Assembly: GCA_963693365.1 (NCBI GenBank)
Contig: CAVNZM010000012.1
Span: 4,826,409-4,890,408, forward strand
Length of the DNA stretch: 64,000 bases
Source of the DNA: Amoebidium appalachense
Lineage: Eukaryota > Protista > Ichthyosporea
Direction: 5' to 3'
Part shown: in pieces, positions 28,315 to 51,551 of the stretch
Numbering within the stretch: the stretch's first letter is position 1
Layout of the letters: each line of letters opens with the position of its first letter
Notes under the pieces: model-generated
Told to the model about the DNA's origin: nothing
Databases searched by the model: none
What the model saw: the letters and a program-made list of their open reading frames with translations, nothing else
Made by a program: the position numbers and the translations under genes

Positions 28315-29530
28315 TCACTTAAGAATAGAGGCGAATACACGTGTGGTAGTGGCAGCAATGGAGGCCGGGCGAAGTCGAGTATAGATAAGGAAACAGTCGG
28401 AGGACCATATGCATCTGCCGAGTTGTTTGATCCGGGAGTCGTCGACCCCGGCCTCAGTCAGGGCTATGGCCCCCCCTATTCGGAGGCTGTGGCCGGCAAA
28501 CCGGGAGGGTGAGAGGCCCGCCTGGGAGAGGAGGGCACGGAAGTCGGCAGAGAAAGCACCCTTGGTGTAGGGAATGCCACCGAGACTGAACAGGGGGTCG
28601 TCGGGTTGACCGGACGTTGTATCCAGGAACTGCCGGAGGAGATGGGCTGGGGAGAAGTGGATGAGGGGCAGGGCAGCTAGAGTGACGTGGACACCTCGGG
28701 CCTGTACATCCGTCTTGGAGGTTGGCAGGTGGAGGGTGGCATGGGACAAAGTACTGGTGGGGGTGTATCTGAAGGCCACGTCCTTCCATTTAACGTGACT
28801 GGACGGGTCGAAGGAGGTCAGGGTCTTGGAGGTAAATTCCCCCGAACGGAGGAGACCACAACAACCGACGATGAGGACCGTCCATAGCCGGAGATTGGCC
28901 GCGGAGGCCTTGGTGGGGCACTGGCCATGGAGTAGGCTGAGGTGGGAGGGCAGGAGGGACTCCCTGGTAGATGATCGGGGCCGGATGTTGTGAGAAAGCT
29001 GCCATCTGCCCACCCCTCGTAGGAACCAGGCCAGAGACTTGTCGTGGGGGCAGGGAGCAGGGAGGCCCATGTCAAGGTGGAGTCTGGTGATGGTCGAATT
29101 GTAGCCGGCCAAGGAAGAGGCCTGTATCCCTCGTTGGGCACACCAGGCGAGAAAGAGCTGCACGGTGTGGGGGGAGGCCGGGAGGTAGGACCCGGAGGAG
29201 GATTGCAGCCGAGATGCCACACAAACATCGATGAACACTTTTTGCACCCGGGAGTAAAAGGCCCGAGAGTCGAGGTTGAGACTCAGGGCCTGGCATTCGT
29301 GCAGGGTAGTGGTGGCTCGAAGCAGCTCGGCCGGAGCAAAGTGGCCCGGGGGCCAATCTGCCAGCGTTGCTCCGGAAGGGGAGATCTGGGGGGGGGGGGG
29401 GGGGGGGGGGGGGTGTTATCCCAGAATAAGGATAGGAACTCGTGGACCCAGGAGGGGAAGGGGCAGGGCTCCGGTTGCAGGGAAGGTCGGAGTCGTCGGG
29501 CTCGGGGAAGTTGGTTACGAGAAATGGCAT
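28315..29530 (-). CDS. Tyrosine recombinase of Ngaro copy 2; N-terminus out of frame across a poly-C tract as assembled
   Basis: R-K-HxxR-W-Y motifs are present, with a 2-codon insertion giving GRCIW. Confidence 0.88.
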
Positions 29531-31096
29531 CGGCTAGATGGTTGAGGGGTCCCGGTAGGTAGGAGGCCTGTAACGTAAATTGGTATTGCATTTCCATGCG
29601 GGTGATGAACCGAATAAGTTTGGCCATCACGGGGTGGGGGGAAGACCGGGAGTGCAGGTCAGACACAGCACCCGTGTTGTTGCATAAAATACGGACATGG
29701 TGGGGGGACCAGAAGGGGGCCCAGAGGGCCACGGCGGCTGCGATGGCCAAGAGTTCGTTGACGGAGGAACCGAGTTTACCCTCATGAGCATAGAGGGCTT
29801 GGGTGGAGGGAGACCAGGGCATGAAAAACATTGGTCGAGCCAGTGGCCCCCTAGACCCACTGATCCGGCAGCATCGGTGGCCAGGGTGGTGTATGTGGGG
29901 GGGGGGGTGATAAGGTGCACCCCATTCCATGATGTGAGGAACTGGTGCCATTCGGTTATGTCTGCCCGGGCGGCAGCAGTCAGCCGTATGTGGTGGTGCC
30001 CGGCAAGGTGTGGGTGGTTTCGGAGAAGGGCCCATAGGCGCTGGGAGAAGGCCCGCCCGGGGGGAACCAGCTGGGCACACCAGGTGAGTTTTCCGGGGAG
30101 GGATTGCAGGTCCCGAATGGTGATGGTGGGTGTTGGGTGGGAAGTGAGGTCTGGTAGGTCCGAGAGTTTGGAAGCAGGGATCCGTGCCTCCATGGTGACA
30201 GAGTCGAATTCGATACCGATGAAGACGATACAGGTAGCCGGGCCTTGCATCTTGTCTTCGGAGATGGCAATGTGCAGCTCTCGGCAGAGTTGCAGGAAGG
30301 TGGATAGGTGACGTTGGCACTGCTCTTGGGTGGGGGCGACTATAATCCAGTCGTCTACGTAGTGGCGGATGAGGGTAACACCGTGCTGGTGTGCCAGCCA
30401 CTGGAGGGTGGCCGCGATCCGTTCCCAGATGGCTGGGCTAGATTTCAGGCCGAAGGGCAGTCTGGTGTCAACGTAAAAATGCCCCTGCCATTTGAATGCC
30501 ATTAAGTGATGGTCTTCTGGTCGGATGGGCATGTGCCGAAAGCAGCCTGCACGTCTGCCCCGGCCATGTAGCAGCCGGGGCCTGCGTCGAGAATGAGCTG
30601 GGTGACGTCCTGAAGTTCGTCGGGGTAGGTGATGCTGTCATTGACACTGCTGCCCCGGGGCCATGAGAGGTGGTGGATTCGACGGTGCTTGGGGGGGTTC
30701 CCCTTTTTAGTAACGGCGCCGATGGGGGGAGGAACGGTGGACCGGAAATTCGGCAAAGAATTGGTCCGGGGAGAGGGGGCCGCGCAGGTGGCCGAGGGCG
30801 AGTTCTTTGGCAATATCCGCCGTGATAGCGGCAGCTGCATCCGGGGTGGTGGGTAGGTTGAGGCCCACCCGAGAGGTGGAGGGGTGGAGGGGTCGCGATA
30901 GCCGATGTCGACACCGAATTCGACATCGTGGAGGAGCTGCGCGGCGAATGATTGGTAGATCTGGGTAGGAGGCCAGCAGCTCCCGGAGGCGGGACGTGTC
31001 AATGTGGTGCTGGGGCAGCGGGCGGGCTTCCGGGTCTGAGCCTCGGGGGAACGTGTGGTTAGCAAGGGTGGGGCACCGTCGGGGATATCCCGGCAG

Positions 31097-31154
<58 letters not shown>

Positions 31155-31266
31155 CAGGGCCCCGTGAGGTTAGAGTAGGGCAGCTGGGCCCGAGGGAGGG
31201 TTTGCAGGGAGGGCCGCGGGGCCCTGTGCAGGGGATGCCCGAGCACGCGGGGGTGTGGGCGGACAC
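29415..31266 (-). pseudogene. Ngaro copy 2 RT-RNase H, frameshifted
   Basis: RLPFGLKSSP, HYVDDW, TDAAG and ADAISR are spread across several frames. Confidence 0.9.
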
Positions 31267-31541
31267 AGAGTTAGAAGAAGGGGGGGGGAGGGAGTGCTAG
31301 GTGAGTGTAAGGGGGGGGGGAGGCTCGTGGGATGGGGGGGGAGTAAAATTATGTGCAGTGGCCAGAATAAACGTCTTTGTGTAGGGACATTTATTCTTGG
31401 GGCGCGCGCGCGCCGTAGTTGGCCTGCGAAAATTTGTACTCAGCCCTATTGGCCCGTTCTCCCGAGCTCCGTTTCCTTGTACCAGTGTATCCTAGCTCCT
31501 AGCCCCTATGTTCTATCTGTGTGTGTGGGTGTGCGCGTAGA

Positions 31542-32713
31542 CTAGGCATTGTGCTTGCAGTCTTTGCGGGGGGGTGTGCCAGAGCAGAGCGGGCACACGT
31601 GGGAGAAGGGGCAGGGCTGCTTAGCGCAGGACCGACCGTTAATGTGGAAATTCCTGCAGTGCGTCGCGGGTAGATCCACGGGTCGGGCCGGTTTTGCCGG
31701 GCCGGGTTGCGGGCCAGGGCGGTTGGGGGTTTGTCCCCCGCCGGGCTTGTGGGGCGGCTTGAAGCCATCAAGACCACAGCCGGGCTTGGGGTACATGGGG
31801 CAGGCCGCGCTGGGGTGGTCGGGGAAGCCAAGCGCTGACATGCGTCCGGGATGAGCAGAGTGGGTGGCAGGAGGAGATCCTGGTGGAGTTGGGCGAGCAG
31901 GTTGGGACACTCGATCGGAGCCCGACCCTGCTGGTGGGCAACTGTACGGGCGTACACGTCGTAGTTGTGGATCTGGGCCCACGGGTATCGGGTGCTGAGG
32001 CGAGTGATGTGCTGAGTCCAAAGTACGTCCTTTTCCGTGGGGAGGTCGAGGTGGTGCTTGGCGGCCATATAATGGGTCCAAGCTTGGATCCAAATGACGA
32101 GGGAACGCAGGGGAACGGGTTTGTCATTGCGGAAAGTCTCGATGCTGCCGTCGACGTTGGCCATGCGCAGCTGCTGACCTTTCTTGGATGGGGCCAGGAG
32201 GGCTGCGGGGGTGAACTTATACAGGTCGACGAAACGATTGGCGCGCAAATCTGCCAGCACATCCGCGGGGGGAAGCGGCAGCCTGAGTGTGCCTGGCTGA
32301 ATGTCGCCAGTGTTCTCACCTGTAATGGGGGGCGCGGGCAGGGCAGGTAGGTCCAGGTCAGGGCCCAGATGCAGCCCCGGGGAAACCTCCCCGGGTGCGG
32401 AGGGCGCGGCTGGGGGCGCGGGAGGGTCGCGGTTGGTGAGAGCGGCCAGGACGCCGGCCATCTGGGTGCTGAGGGCGGTGAGGGCGGCAAGGATGGCGTC
32501 CTGAGAAGTCATCGGCGGGGACGGCGGGGCCTGAGGAGGGACTTCAGGAGTAGAGGGGAGAGTAGCCGGAGGGTCCGTGGTGGTATGGGCATCCGGAGGC
32601 GGGTCAGTGCCTGCGGGAGCGTTGGTCAGCCTGTGGCGGAGGTCGCTGCGGGTCAGGCGCTTAGGTGCCGCGGCAGGGGCGGTGGCTGAGGCCTGGCGCT
32701 TTTTCGGCGGCAT
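31542..32713 (-). pseudogene. Ngaro copy 2 Gag, frameshifted near 31830
   Basis: MPPKKRQ... ORF with the zinc-finger C-terminus in a second frame. Confidence 0.85.
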
Positions 32714-34611
32714 GCTGACCGGCGTAGGGAAAGATAGGGAGAATGAAAAGAAAAATAGCTGTAAGGCTGTAGGTGCTAAACACAGAAGATGTGTTTGTAG
32801 CTTGCTGATCTGCTAAAAACTGTCGTGCTTATATACCTAAGCCTACCGATCTGAGCCAATCAAAATCGATCTAGTGATATGTGAAATCTGATCCGAGCCA
32901 ATCAAACTCGGTCTAGTGATATGTGGAATCTGACGTTTTGATTGGCTAATAGGTGCCCGTGTGCGGGCAGCCAACCGCGAACTGCTAAAACACGAAACGA
33001 AGCCTACATGGTTATGTTGATACCGAACACCCATCCTACGTGTTTACCCAGAAAGATATTTATGTCAATAAATTCCACAAATAAAACCTTTCCAGGGTGC
33101 CCGTTCTCATAGGATACCGGACTGTCGTGCTTTTTTTTTTTTTTTTTTTTTTTTTTTTGAAAAAGCGAAAAATAGTGCTATCCCAAATTGTGTTTATACC
33201 GAAACATCGATAATCGCGGTGAAGATGTCAACTCAGCCCTGTGGACTCGCTGAGCATCGTCCTTTCAGTCATCTAACAAAAAAACTTTCAAAGTAAACAA
33301 GCTACAGTTTATTTCTTTTCAATCTCATCGCAAACCGTAAATGTTCGACCACCTCGGACCTGTTGGTTTTGAAGGCTATGCATACCGCTATCAGTCTGTG
33401 CATGTAATTGTGCATTTTAGGTCAACCTTACACTAACCCAACTCCATGCCTGGCAGGCAAGCGTTCCGACTCAAGCAATGATGCGCATAACATGCGCGAA
33501 AATACAAAATTCCTACACATGTATTAGACGTGAGCAGATCTGGCGCATGCAAGAACTATGTCACACTGTGTGTGCAAGAACATGTGGAAGTGCTACTTAC
33601 TACGGTACTTTGTGCGTCTAGGTAAACGATGACGTAATGAGCTTTTGTGTCACGTCATAACATACACATGATAGGCTATTTTCTCCCGCCAAAACCCCGC
33701 CGGTCGGGAAACAATGCGATGAAAACCTTTGGCACAGGGACGTACACACAAAACGAAAACCACACGCCACTGATACCCACACATGGAAAAAGGGAAATGA
33801 AACGTATCCACAAAAAAAACACCGTCTACCAGCCACACAAACATACACAAATCCTGCACCTGCTGCACTAAAGACAGTGCCCAAGACGAGCACGTAGACA
33901 TCTAGATACAGGACTCCCAACTTGCAATTGAAGCTCCAGAACGCGTACGCAGCACAACTAATATTTACCAGCACGTACGCAGTGGGCCCCATAGAATGAA
34001 TGGCTGCTAGTATTTAGTCTCATTCAAGTTACCGGGGCCGTGAATAACACAAAGTGTCAAAACACCGCTGTGACAAAACGTCACAACCCAGCCCACTCCA
34101 CTAATATTGACTCATGAATGAAGCCCTCGTGCACGTGCACTCGTGTCTGATATGCGTGCGTTCGTATGTGGGTAGGTGCGGGTGGTGGTGACACATGTGT
34201 GTGGTTGTGCGTGAGCGTGTGCATGTGCCCGTGCATGTGTGTATGTGTGTGCGCGCGTGTGCCATGTGTATGTATGTGTGCGCACGCACGCACGTGCTTG
34301 CGCGCGGCACGAATGTGCGTGTGCTTGCAAGTGCGTGTGTTTCGGAAGGTCGGGAACACTCATGATATGAAGATCGAAACATCAGAACGAGCCAGGGATC
34401 ATCGCATGCATATGATAGTAGTAATTCTAGATAAGAAGTCTTTTCTATTTAAGATTAGAGTACCCGGCTCATATCTTAGAATTATCGGGATCATGGGCAA
34501 ATCAGCATAGTGCGACTTTAAGTGTGCGCGCGCGTGCGCGCCTGTGTGTGTGTGTGTGGTGTGTGGGTGTGGGTGTGGGTGTGCGGGCGCGCAGTTCCAC
34601 GTACCTGTGTG

Positions 34612-34754
<143 letters not shown>

Positions 34755-34779
34755 CTGTGTGTGTGTGTGTTTCTGTGCG

Positions 34780-34849
<70 letters not shown>

Positions 34850-35575
34850 GTCCCTTTTGTGCGTGTGGTGTGTGCCTGTGTGATCATGTCCGCAACCATG
34901 CACATGCGTTCATACATACTAGTGTGGTAAGTGTTGCCTAGAAGAGCTATTTGCTATCCTTTCACATGCGATTGTTTGCTTATATATATGTCCAGTCACT
35001 CACCCTCCATGTTTCTCTGCCGAAATGCCATAATAGCACAAAACTAAGGTAAAAGCAACTAAGCTTTTGTAAAATTTGAAACACCTGCACTTGAAAACTC
35101 AGATAAAACAGACAGAATCCTTGTATAAGATACGTGTGTACACCACTGCAGATATATCCTAGCAAATGTCTTCGAGCTGTACATAGCATCATAGGCCCGC
35201 ATTGCTAAAATACACACAAACATAGCTGGGGTGACCTTATAAATCAATTAGAACGATGATTTTCGGTAAAACAAACCCATAAACTATAGGCATGAGACCC
35301 CGATTCCACTCCATATCAGACCAGATATATTGCTTTCACGTGCTATGCATCCAGAACAGGTTAAGGAAGAACGGGGAAAAAAAAAAAAAAAAAAAAAAAG
35401 TAGAAGCTCGTCCAAATGCCACCCCCCCCCCCCCCCCCCCCCGCCGGGCCCCGTGAGCCCCACCACCAGCACCACCCCTCCCCAAACATTTTCATCCACC
35501 CTACCTACATACAGACACTCACACACGCACACAACCACACACACGTACAACTATATAAACTCCCATTCTCCCCGC

Positions 35576-43577
<8,002 letters not shown>

Positions 43578-44306
43578 GTTGCCGCTCGAACTGCCACAAG
43601 CGTGTGTTCTAAACGATATCAGTGCTCAAAAAAAATTACGCAGCTTTCAAGCCCTTCCGTAACATTATTTTTTGTAAAGTTCCTGCTCTCAGAACCTGCG
43701 CACCTTTGAAACCTACACATGCACATGAACTCGCGCGTTTCTTTCCTAGCCAAGTCTTGTCTGAGTTGTCTCCCGTTTTGATTTTTGAAATCATTTTTCT
43801 CGTTGTGAGCCAAAATTATAAACGAACCAATCAGCGTATGGGTGCGGACTCTAATCCAAACAAAACATTTTGGTTACGTCATCACCAACATATGCACCCG
43901 TGTTCCACTTCCGAAGCAGATTTTCCGAAGCAGCTTTCCGAAGCACCGTTTGAAGAGGAGGAAAAGTGCCATGCATACACGTGTGTGAGTTTGGTGAAAA
44001 GAAGTAATGGGTTGTTGGTTGATCTGGCTTGGAATCGGAAAAGAGATTGTTACACAACGCTGAAGACGTATGTGTAGTGTGATAATCCTTATGGGATCTG
44101 GCGTACCTGCTTGCATCACCAAAACAGATCCAATACTTCACCCACTTTACCCATAACTTAGAGATCAGTAATCAACACTGTAGCTTCGGTTTTGTGCACG
44201 TGACCTGTCTGCCTTTGTAGTTTTGTACAAGTCATCACTAGCTGATATCTGAAGGACAACTTCTCCCCCATCCTTTCAGCAGAGTTCCGTGCGTGAAACC
44301 AGCAAG
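43578..44306. promoter_or_regulatory. Probable bidirectional promoter between the 7TM gene and OVCA2
   Basis: Head-to-head starts about 730 bp apart, with CCAATCAG near 43827 and CRE-like TACGTCA near 43875. The region is free of microsatellites. Confidence 0.5.
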
Positions 44307-45576
44307 ATGGCACAGAAGAAACTATCCATTCTAGTTTTGCACGGGGGCTATCAGAGCAAGGACATGTTCTACAAGAAGACTGGATCACTAAGGTGTGTGG
44401 ACATATACCACGGTTGGGAAGTTTATAGCCGTTTTGGGGTTGATAACGGAAGGGTCTTTTCCAGTCCCTTGCTTGCTCGTTATCCCTTCCTCGCTTGGTG
44501 ATTCGCCTCTCTTGGGCCTGCGCATGACAATAATGTTCCTTTTCCTTTCTCGTAAAGCATGGTTGAGTTTTGCATTCCTGCAATTATCCTCTTAGGTGCT
44601 CCTACGCACTTGTATGCTTGCAGATCCACACGCCAAACGTTGCGCATTCATTAACCCCAGTTCATCCATGTCCAAGTAGAGATTTCGGTATAGCTTGCAC
44701 ACTTGGATAGGCACATGCCTTCGTACCTTTGTTGCCAGCATCGTTGGACGAAAGCTTATCATTTCGTGCTTATTATCTGCAGCTAGCTATACACTATTTT
44801 TTGGTGTGGGCCAGAGACCGATTCATCTAATCTAAGATAACTTATACGTACACAGAAAACTTATCAAGAACTATGCAGATCTTTCTTATGTGTGCGCAAC
44901 CCATGTTGCGACAGAGGAGGAGATGGCAAAGAGGGGCATAACCATTGCTCCAGAGGACCTGCCGGTGTATAGGTGGTGGTCCGTGTCAGAGTATGCCCCT
45001 CCCCCCTCCCCCCCCCCCCTTCCCCCCCCCCCCCCCCTCCCCCCCCCCCCCCCCCCCCCCAACCACCACCACCACCACCACCACCACCACCACCACCACC
45101 ACCACACATAGGCAGACATACACGAGCACCTACACAATTGCACAAACGTGTGAGCATTTGCACGGCTATTTTTTCACTGTCTTCATTTTTTTGTGCTTTG
45201 CACACAGACTGTGCATGTTTGTGCATTACAACGTACATACACACCCACATGCCCATACAGCCACACACGCGGACTAATCAAATCTTGCGCACATGTGGTT
45301 GTTGGGCGAGGAATTTTACCTTGCAGGAGACAAGAACATGCCCTTTGGCACAATATCAACAACACTTATCTTTCCATTTGCCCACTGTTGAAGGTAGTCA
45401 CGGCGTTTGCGATGGAGGTCTTTTTTGTGGAAGGAAGGGGGAATGGTGTGTGCTGTGGGTGAAGGGGGGGGGGGGGGGAGGGGGGTGGAGGGAGGGGAGA
45501 GGAGGGGGGGGGGGGGGGGGGGGTTGGGAGGAGAGGAAAAGTGGGAGGGGATGGGGTGGGTGTGGAGGGAGGGGAA

Positions 45577-45609
<33 letters not shown>

Positions 45610-46210
45610 GTGGGTGTGATGGAGTTCTGATGTTTGTTTTTTTTCTGCAGTGGGCAGTGGCGGGACTCGAAGACGTATTTGGGGATGGATGAGACGATGG
45701 ACGTGATCAAGAGGGCATTCAGAGAGCAGGTGGGTGGGGGGGTTGGTTGGGTGAACACCTCCAGATATCCACTGTGTGAGAAGGGTTAAAGGGGGTTTCT
45801 TTTGCGGATACGGGTCGAGTCAGATCCGAAAGTGACTGACTGGCAAATTGTGCACAAAACAGCATGACGGCCTCATTCGAAAGGGCCTATAAATTGGCCT
45901 AAGAGAAGCCTTAACCCCCCTTTAATGATATGGGCACGGGTTTATTGTTTTTGGCAGATCCTTGTGTGTGTGCACGTAGACTGCGCGGGATTATGTAAAG
46001 ACAGCTTTAACTCGTGTGCAATGGATGGGTGGGTGGGTGTATGTGGTAGGTGTGTGTGTGTGTGTAGGTGTGTGTGTGTAGGTGTGTGTGCGTTTAAGAT
46101 GGATGGATGGGTGGGGGTGGGTGGGTATGTGAAGGGAGGTGGGGTAGCGGGCAGTGTGTGTGTGTGTGTATGCATCTGTGTATGTGTGTGTGGGTTTGAG
46201 GGGGTCAAAA

Positions 46211-46248
<38 letters not shown>

Positions 46249-47353
46249 GACGCTTGCGTGGCGGGAAAAAGATGCTGCAGTGTGGTGTGTTTGTAGGTGT
46301 GTTGATCTCTGCATGTTTTGTGTGTGTATGTGTGTAGGTGTGTAGGTGTGTGGGAAGGGGGGGGGGGGGGGGGGGGGGGAAGGAGAGGTGGGTGGGTGAG
46401 GGGGGGGGGGGGGGGGGGGGGGGAGACTGTCAGCTGATCCTTTGGGGTGGCTTGCAGGGTCCGTTCGATGGTGTTCTTGGCTTCTCGCGTAAGTTTCCCC
46501 AAGGAGCTCGGTTTTTTCGTTTTATTGACTTTTAATTTCTGTATTTTTTCTTTGCTTGTTCTTCTTTTCGGTCTGGTTTTTTGAATTGATGCCCGGATCT
46601 GTTTCTACATTTGTGGGACGTTCACGGGCAGAACGTGGGAAATAGAACTTGTTAATGGGCGGGTTTGACATTATCCTTTTCTTCCCTTTCCCCTCTTTTT
46701 CTTGAGAGTCAGGCAAAGTTATGACAGGTTCTATTGCGCCAATACGCTGTGGCTCACGGTAATAGTATCAAGTCATTTTGCATCGCTGGTGGTCAGTTGT
46801 CTTTGGTTTCTTCTAGTTGCTTCCATCTACTCCTAGCCGCTTTGATTTACTTCTATTTAATTTTGGTCGCTTCTAGTTCCTTCTATTCACTTCTTTTAGT
46901 TGCTTCTATTTGCCTCCATTTGCTTCTAGTTTCTTCGACTCAATCCTAACCCATCCCATCCATTCATTCCACAGAGGGAGGAGTGCTAGCCGCCATGCTG
47001 TGTGGGCTCAACGCCCCCATCCCCACACCTGACAATCCCATCTCCTTCCGCTTTGCAATCATCGCAGCGGCATTCCCACCCACGGGTGAACCTTACCGTC
47101 AACTATTGGAAGAGAAGGTGATGATAATTCGTCTTTTTTTACCATCCCCCCTCCCCCCCTCCCCCCCCTCCCCCCCCCCCCCCCCCCCCCCAACACACAC
47201 ACACACACACCCAGTATCCCCACCACGGCCACCACCACAACGATAATCACTATTGTGTCCGACACTCCACTCTGCCCGTTCTTTTCCCTGTCTTTTCCTC
47301 ATGAAGTTCTTTGGTTTTCGTTTTTTTTTCTGTCCCGGAGGAAGGGATGGGAC

Positions 47354-47398
<45 letters not shown>

Positions 47399-48237
47399 GG
47401 GCAGTGATTTTAGAGTTCGTGTAACTGTTTAATTAAATTTTGGTGGTGGGGAAAGGAAGGGGGGGGGGGGGGGGGGGGGGGGGGGGGAGGACAGTGTTTT
47501 GTTTTGGGGGGCTTGGTTTAAATCATTTCTTTTCTCTTTTCGGGGGTGGAGGGGGGGGGGGGGGGGGGGGGGGGGGAGACAGAGTTTGCTTGGAGTTGGT
47601 GTAGACGTTTCCATTTTTCCGGTAGGGGGGGATGGGGGGAGAGGAGGGAGGGGGGGGGGGGGGAGGGGGGGGGTTGGTGAGGAAGGGGGGGGGGGGGGGG
47701 AGGGGGTCGTCCTAGGCACATGACGTCCTTTCTGTATGTATGTGCTGGCGCTTGCTCACACCTGTGGCACACACAACTGCCTGCTTAAACACCCCCCCCC
47801 CCCCCTACCCTTTCCCCCGCACCCCCCTTCCCCCCCTTACAACAAAAAACCTTTCTTCCCCTATTGCGCCACAATGCCCTATGCTATGCATATGTGCCGT
47901 TGCACCCTTTATTTCGGTTAAATTTTGGTGCCGTTGTTTCTGCCATTAGTTTTAGGTGCAAGTGTACCTGCCAAGTCTGATGTTGGGTCACAGGTCAATG
48001 AGTTGGTCCCTACGCTTCACGTCTTTGGTGAAAATGATGTGGTGGTAAGTGCTTTCCCCCCTTTCCTCCTCTCCCCACCCCCCCCCCCCTTCCCCCCCAC
48101 CTCTGTAACTCATTCCCCGCCCTCCCTCTTCTTTGCTATCTCCTCTCCCCCCCCCCCCTCCCCCCCCCCCCTTCCCCTCCCCTCCTCCCTTGTTCTCATT
48201 ATCATGCTACAGATTTCAGGTGATGGGGAGCTCCGGA

Positions 48238-48283
<46 letters not shown>

Positions 48284-48290
48284 TTCGCTC

Positions 48291-48326
<36 letters not shown>

Positions 48327-48611
48327 AGGTGCACATGCAAACGCAAACGTTGTGCACACGTCCACCAACGAATCATATCATCCCTTAAGTCTTTCCTATT
48401 TTTCTGTCTTTTTATGGGGGCTAGGCCACCAATATCATCACGCCTTTAATCACCCTATTTTTTAATGCAGGTCAACTGTGAGGCCAGTGAGACACTAGCC
48501 AGTCTCTTCCCCACGGCCACCGTGTGGAAGCACCCAGGGGGCCACACAGTGCCGGCAAATGCAGAGGCAAAGGCCGTTTACGCAAAATTTCTGGCCCAGT
48601 TCCAAAAATAG
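44307..48611 (+). CDS. OVCA2: FSH1/OVCA2-family serine hydrolase, multi-exon
   Basis: MAQKKLSILVLHGGYQS..FYKKTGSLR, RWW, GMDETM, GPFDGVLGFS|QGG (Ser), PTLHVFGEND (Asp) and HPGGHTVP (His). Stop TAG at 48609-48611. Confidence 0.93.
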
Positions 48612-48749
48612 ATTGTTCGTCACATGGGATGTCATAGATTGGCTTAGTGGATTCATGGTCCAAAACGTTATTGGCGGTGCCACCACGGTTTTTGCTTGCC
48701 TGGGACCAATGTTGGATTTTTCGTATGCTAGCGCATTTGTGCCCCCCCC

Positions 48750-48786
<37 letters not shown>

Positions 48787-49052
48787 GGTATGATATGTGC
48801 AGAAGAAAATGTCGCGTCTGGCCAGGCGTTTTTGCACTGGTGAATTTTTAAAATAAAGATAAAACAGAATACAATGAATAAAAATAGAACCCTGCTTCTG
48901 ATTTCCAATGGAAGTGTACAGAGTGCTGCAGGTACCCCTGTTGTTGAAAAATGCTCACCTCAGAACACTATACATGTGTGTATGTGTGTGTGTGTGGGGG
49001 GGTTCGGGTGTGTGTATATATATGTGTGTGCGTGTGGGGGGGAGGTGTTCTC

Positions 49053-49145
<93 letters not shown>

Positions 49146-49159
49146 TGCGCGCGCGCGCG

Positions 49160-49860
<701 letters not shown>

Positions 49861-50776
49861 GGGGAGGGGGCAGCCGAGCAAGTGGTGGTGATTGCAGAAT
49901 ATGGGGATTCTAGCCCGGGGGGACGGGGGGAGGCTGGGGGGAGGGGAGGGGGAGGGAGTTGGGAGGGGAGGGGGGGGGGTTGGGGAGGGGGCGTATCGTC
50001 ATGAGTGTGCTAATGTGCTCTAAATAACGGAAGGCGGGTGAAGCTCTACGTTGTTGTGAGAGCTGCATGTTATCTTCTTGTAACGTGCGCTTTCTTGATT
50101 TTCAGGCCTAAGCAACACGTGCTTCACTTTCGCTGCCTGCTGGAAATAAACATCGGAGCAATTTAGCTGAGGCTGAGTGTCACCACCCCCTCTTCCCGGT
50201 TTCCTATCTCCCCTCCCCCCCTCCCCCTTCCTCCCCCCCCCCCCCCACCCACCCACCCACTCACCTCTAACCCCCCTCCCCTCCCCCTCTCCATTCCTGC
50301 TTACACACCCTGTTAAGTCTGCTCGTAGCAACAATTTTGGGAAACCGTGGCGAACTGAAACTATGCCAAACAACAACAACTTAAAAAAAGGAGTACATTC
50401 CGATTTTGAACAGTAAAGTAAAAGCACGAACTTTCAAAAATACAAAAAAAACCTATCAAAGTTTTCTATTGTTGTTTAGCACCACAGCTTGGTATTGCTA
50501 ACCTAACCTTGTACTGTGCTACAGTGTGTTGATGTTTCCAAGTAAACAAGAAGCCCCCACCCCCTAAACCCTTAATCCCTAATCGCCAATTTATATAGTT
50601 ATAACGCACCATCAACCCCCCCACCGTACAATCACCCATGGGCCCCACACACCAAAAAAAAAAATGCAACCAACCTCCGACCTCACAACCTCTATCACCC
50701 TAAAATGTTACATGCGAACATCCAATAAAACAGAAAACCTGAAGTTTTAAAGACTAATTAAAACTTATGTCATAGG

Positions 50777-51500
50777 TCATGAAATCGACGTCGCCTGCGG
50801 CCACGGGGCGGCTGCCGCAGCCGGGTTATCCAACCTTCCGGCCTTGAAATCATCCACAAACTGACGCAAACCCTCCACATCCAACCTCTCCCACGGATAC
50901 AGATGCGAAATCATCTCCCGATCCACCTTTTGCGCAATCACGATTGCCGACGGCATTTTAAGGCCGTAAGGTTCGCGTTCCGCCACGTCATAACAGATCT
51001 CGCAGTAATCTAGGTGGCAAATCTTGCAAGAAAACCTCCCCTGGCACCGATTCCCCAACATATTGCACCCGTCGCACGCCCACCCAGCCCTCTCTCCGCC
51101 TGGGGAATGCAATAAGTCCTCGGTCATCGGGTGGACGTGTCGGCGACGGAAGGGGAGCCCCGTCCCCTTGCGGAAGTACGTGGGAAAGAAGTTTTCTTCC
51201 GCCGCGTACCGCACGACCATTGGTAGAAGGTCACCCTCTGCTCTTGCCCGGGCCTGGATCTCCTCCCCTACATTGTGGAGCAGATCTATCATGTGTGCCT
51301 GCATGGGGGATGGGGGGGGGGGGGGGAGGGGGAGAAGGGAGGAAGGGGGTGGGGGGGGGGGGGGGGGGGGGTGGTTAGAAGGTGTTAAGGATACGGAGTA
51401 CACATCATGGCCGGGACAACACCATGCAGATTCTTCAAGAAAGAGTAAACAAAGAGTCTATGCATCATAAGTGGGTATGGGTTTGGGTGTCTGTGGTAAG

Positions 51501-51551
<51 letters not shown>

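Larger units (their letters stand above)
27631..33089 (-). mobile_element. Ngaro-type YR retrotransposon, copy 2 (full length, ORFs disrupted)
   Basis: B2 ~27633-27720, spacer, A2 27850-28195, B1 28196-28286, YR, RT/RH, gag and A1 32744-33087. Closely similar to copy 1. Confidence 0.95.

Noticed and set aside
33230-34110. Hydrophobic 124-aa ORF and possible small exons on the minus strand
   Set aside because: I could not build a consistent gene model or recognise a family.
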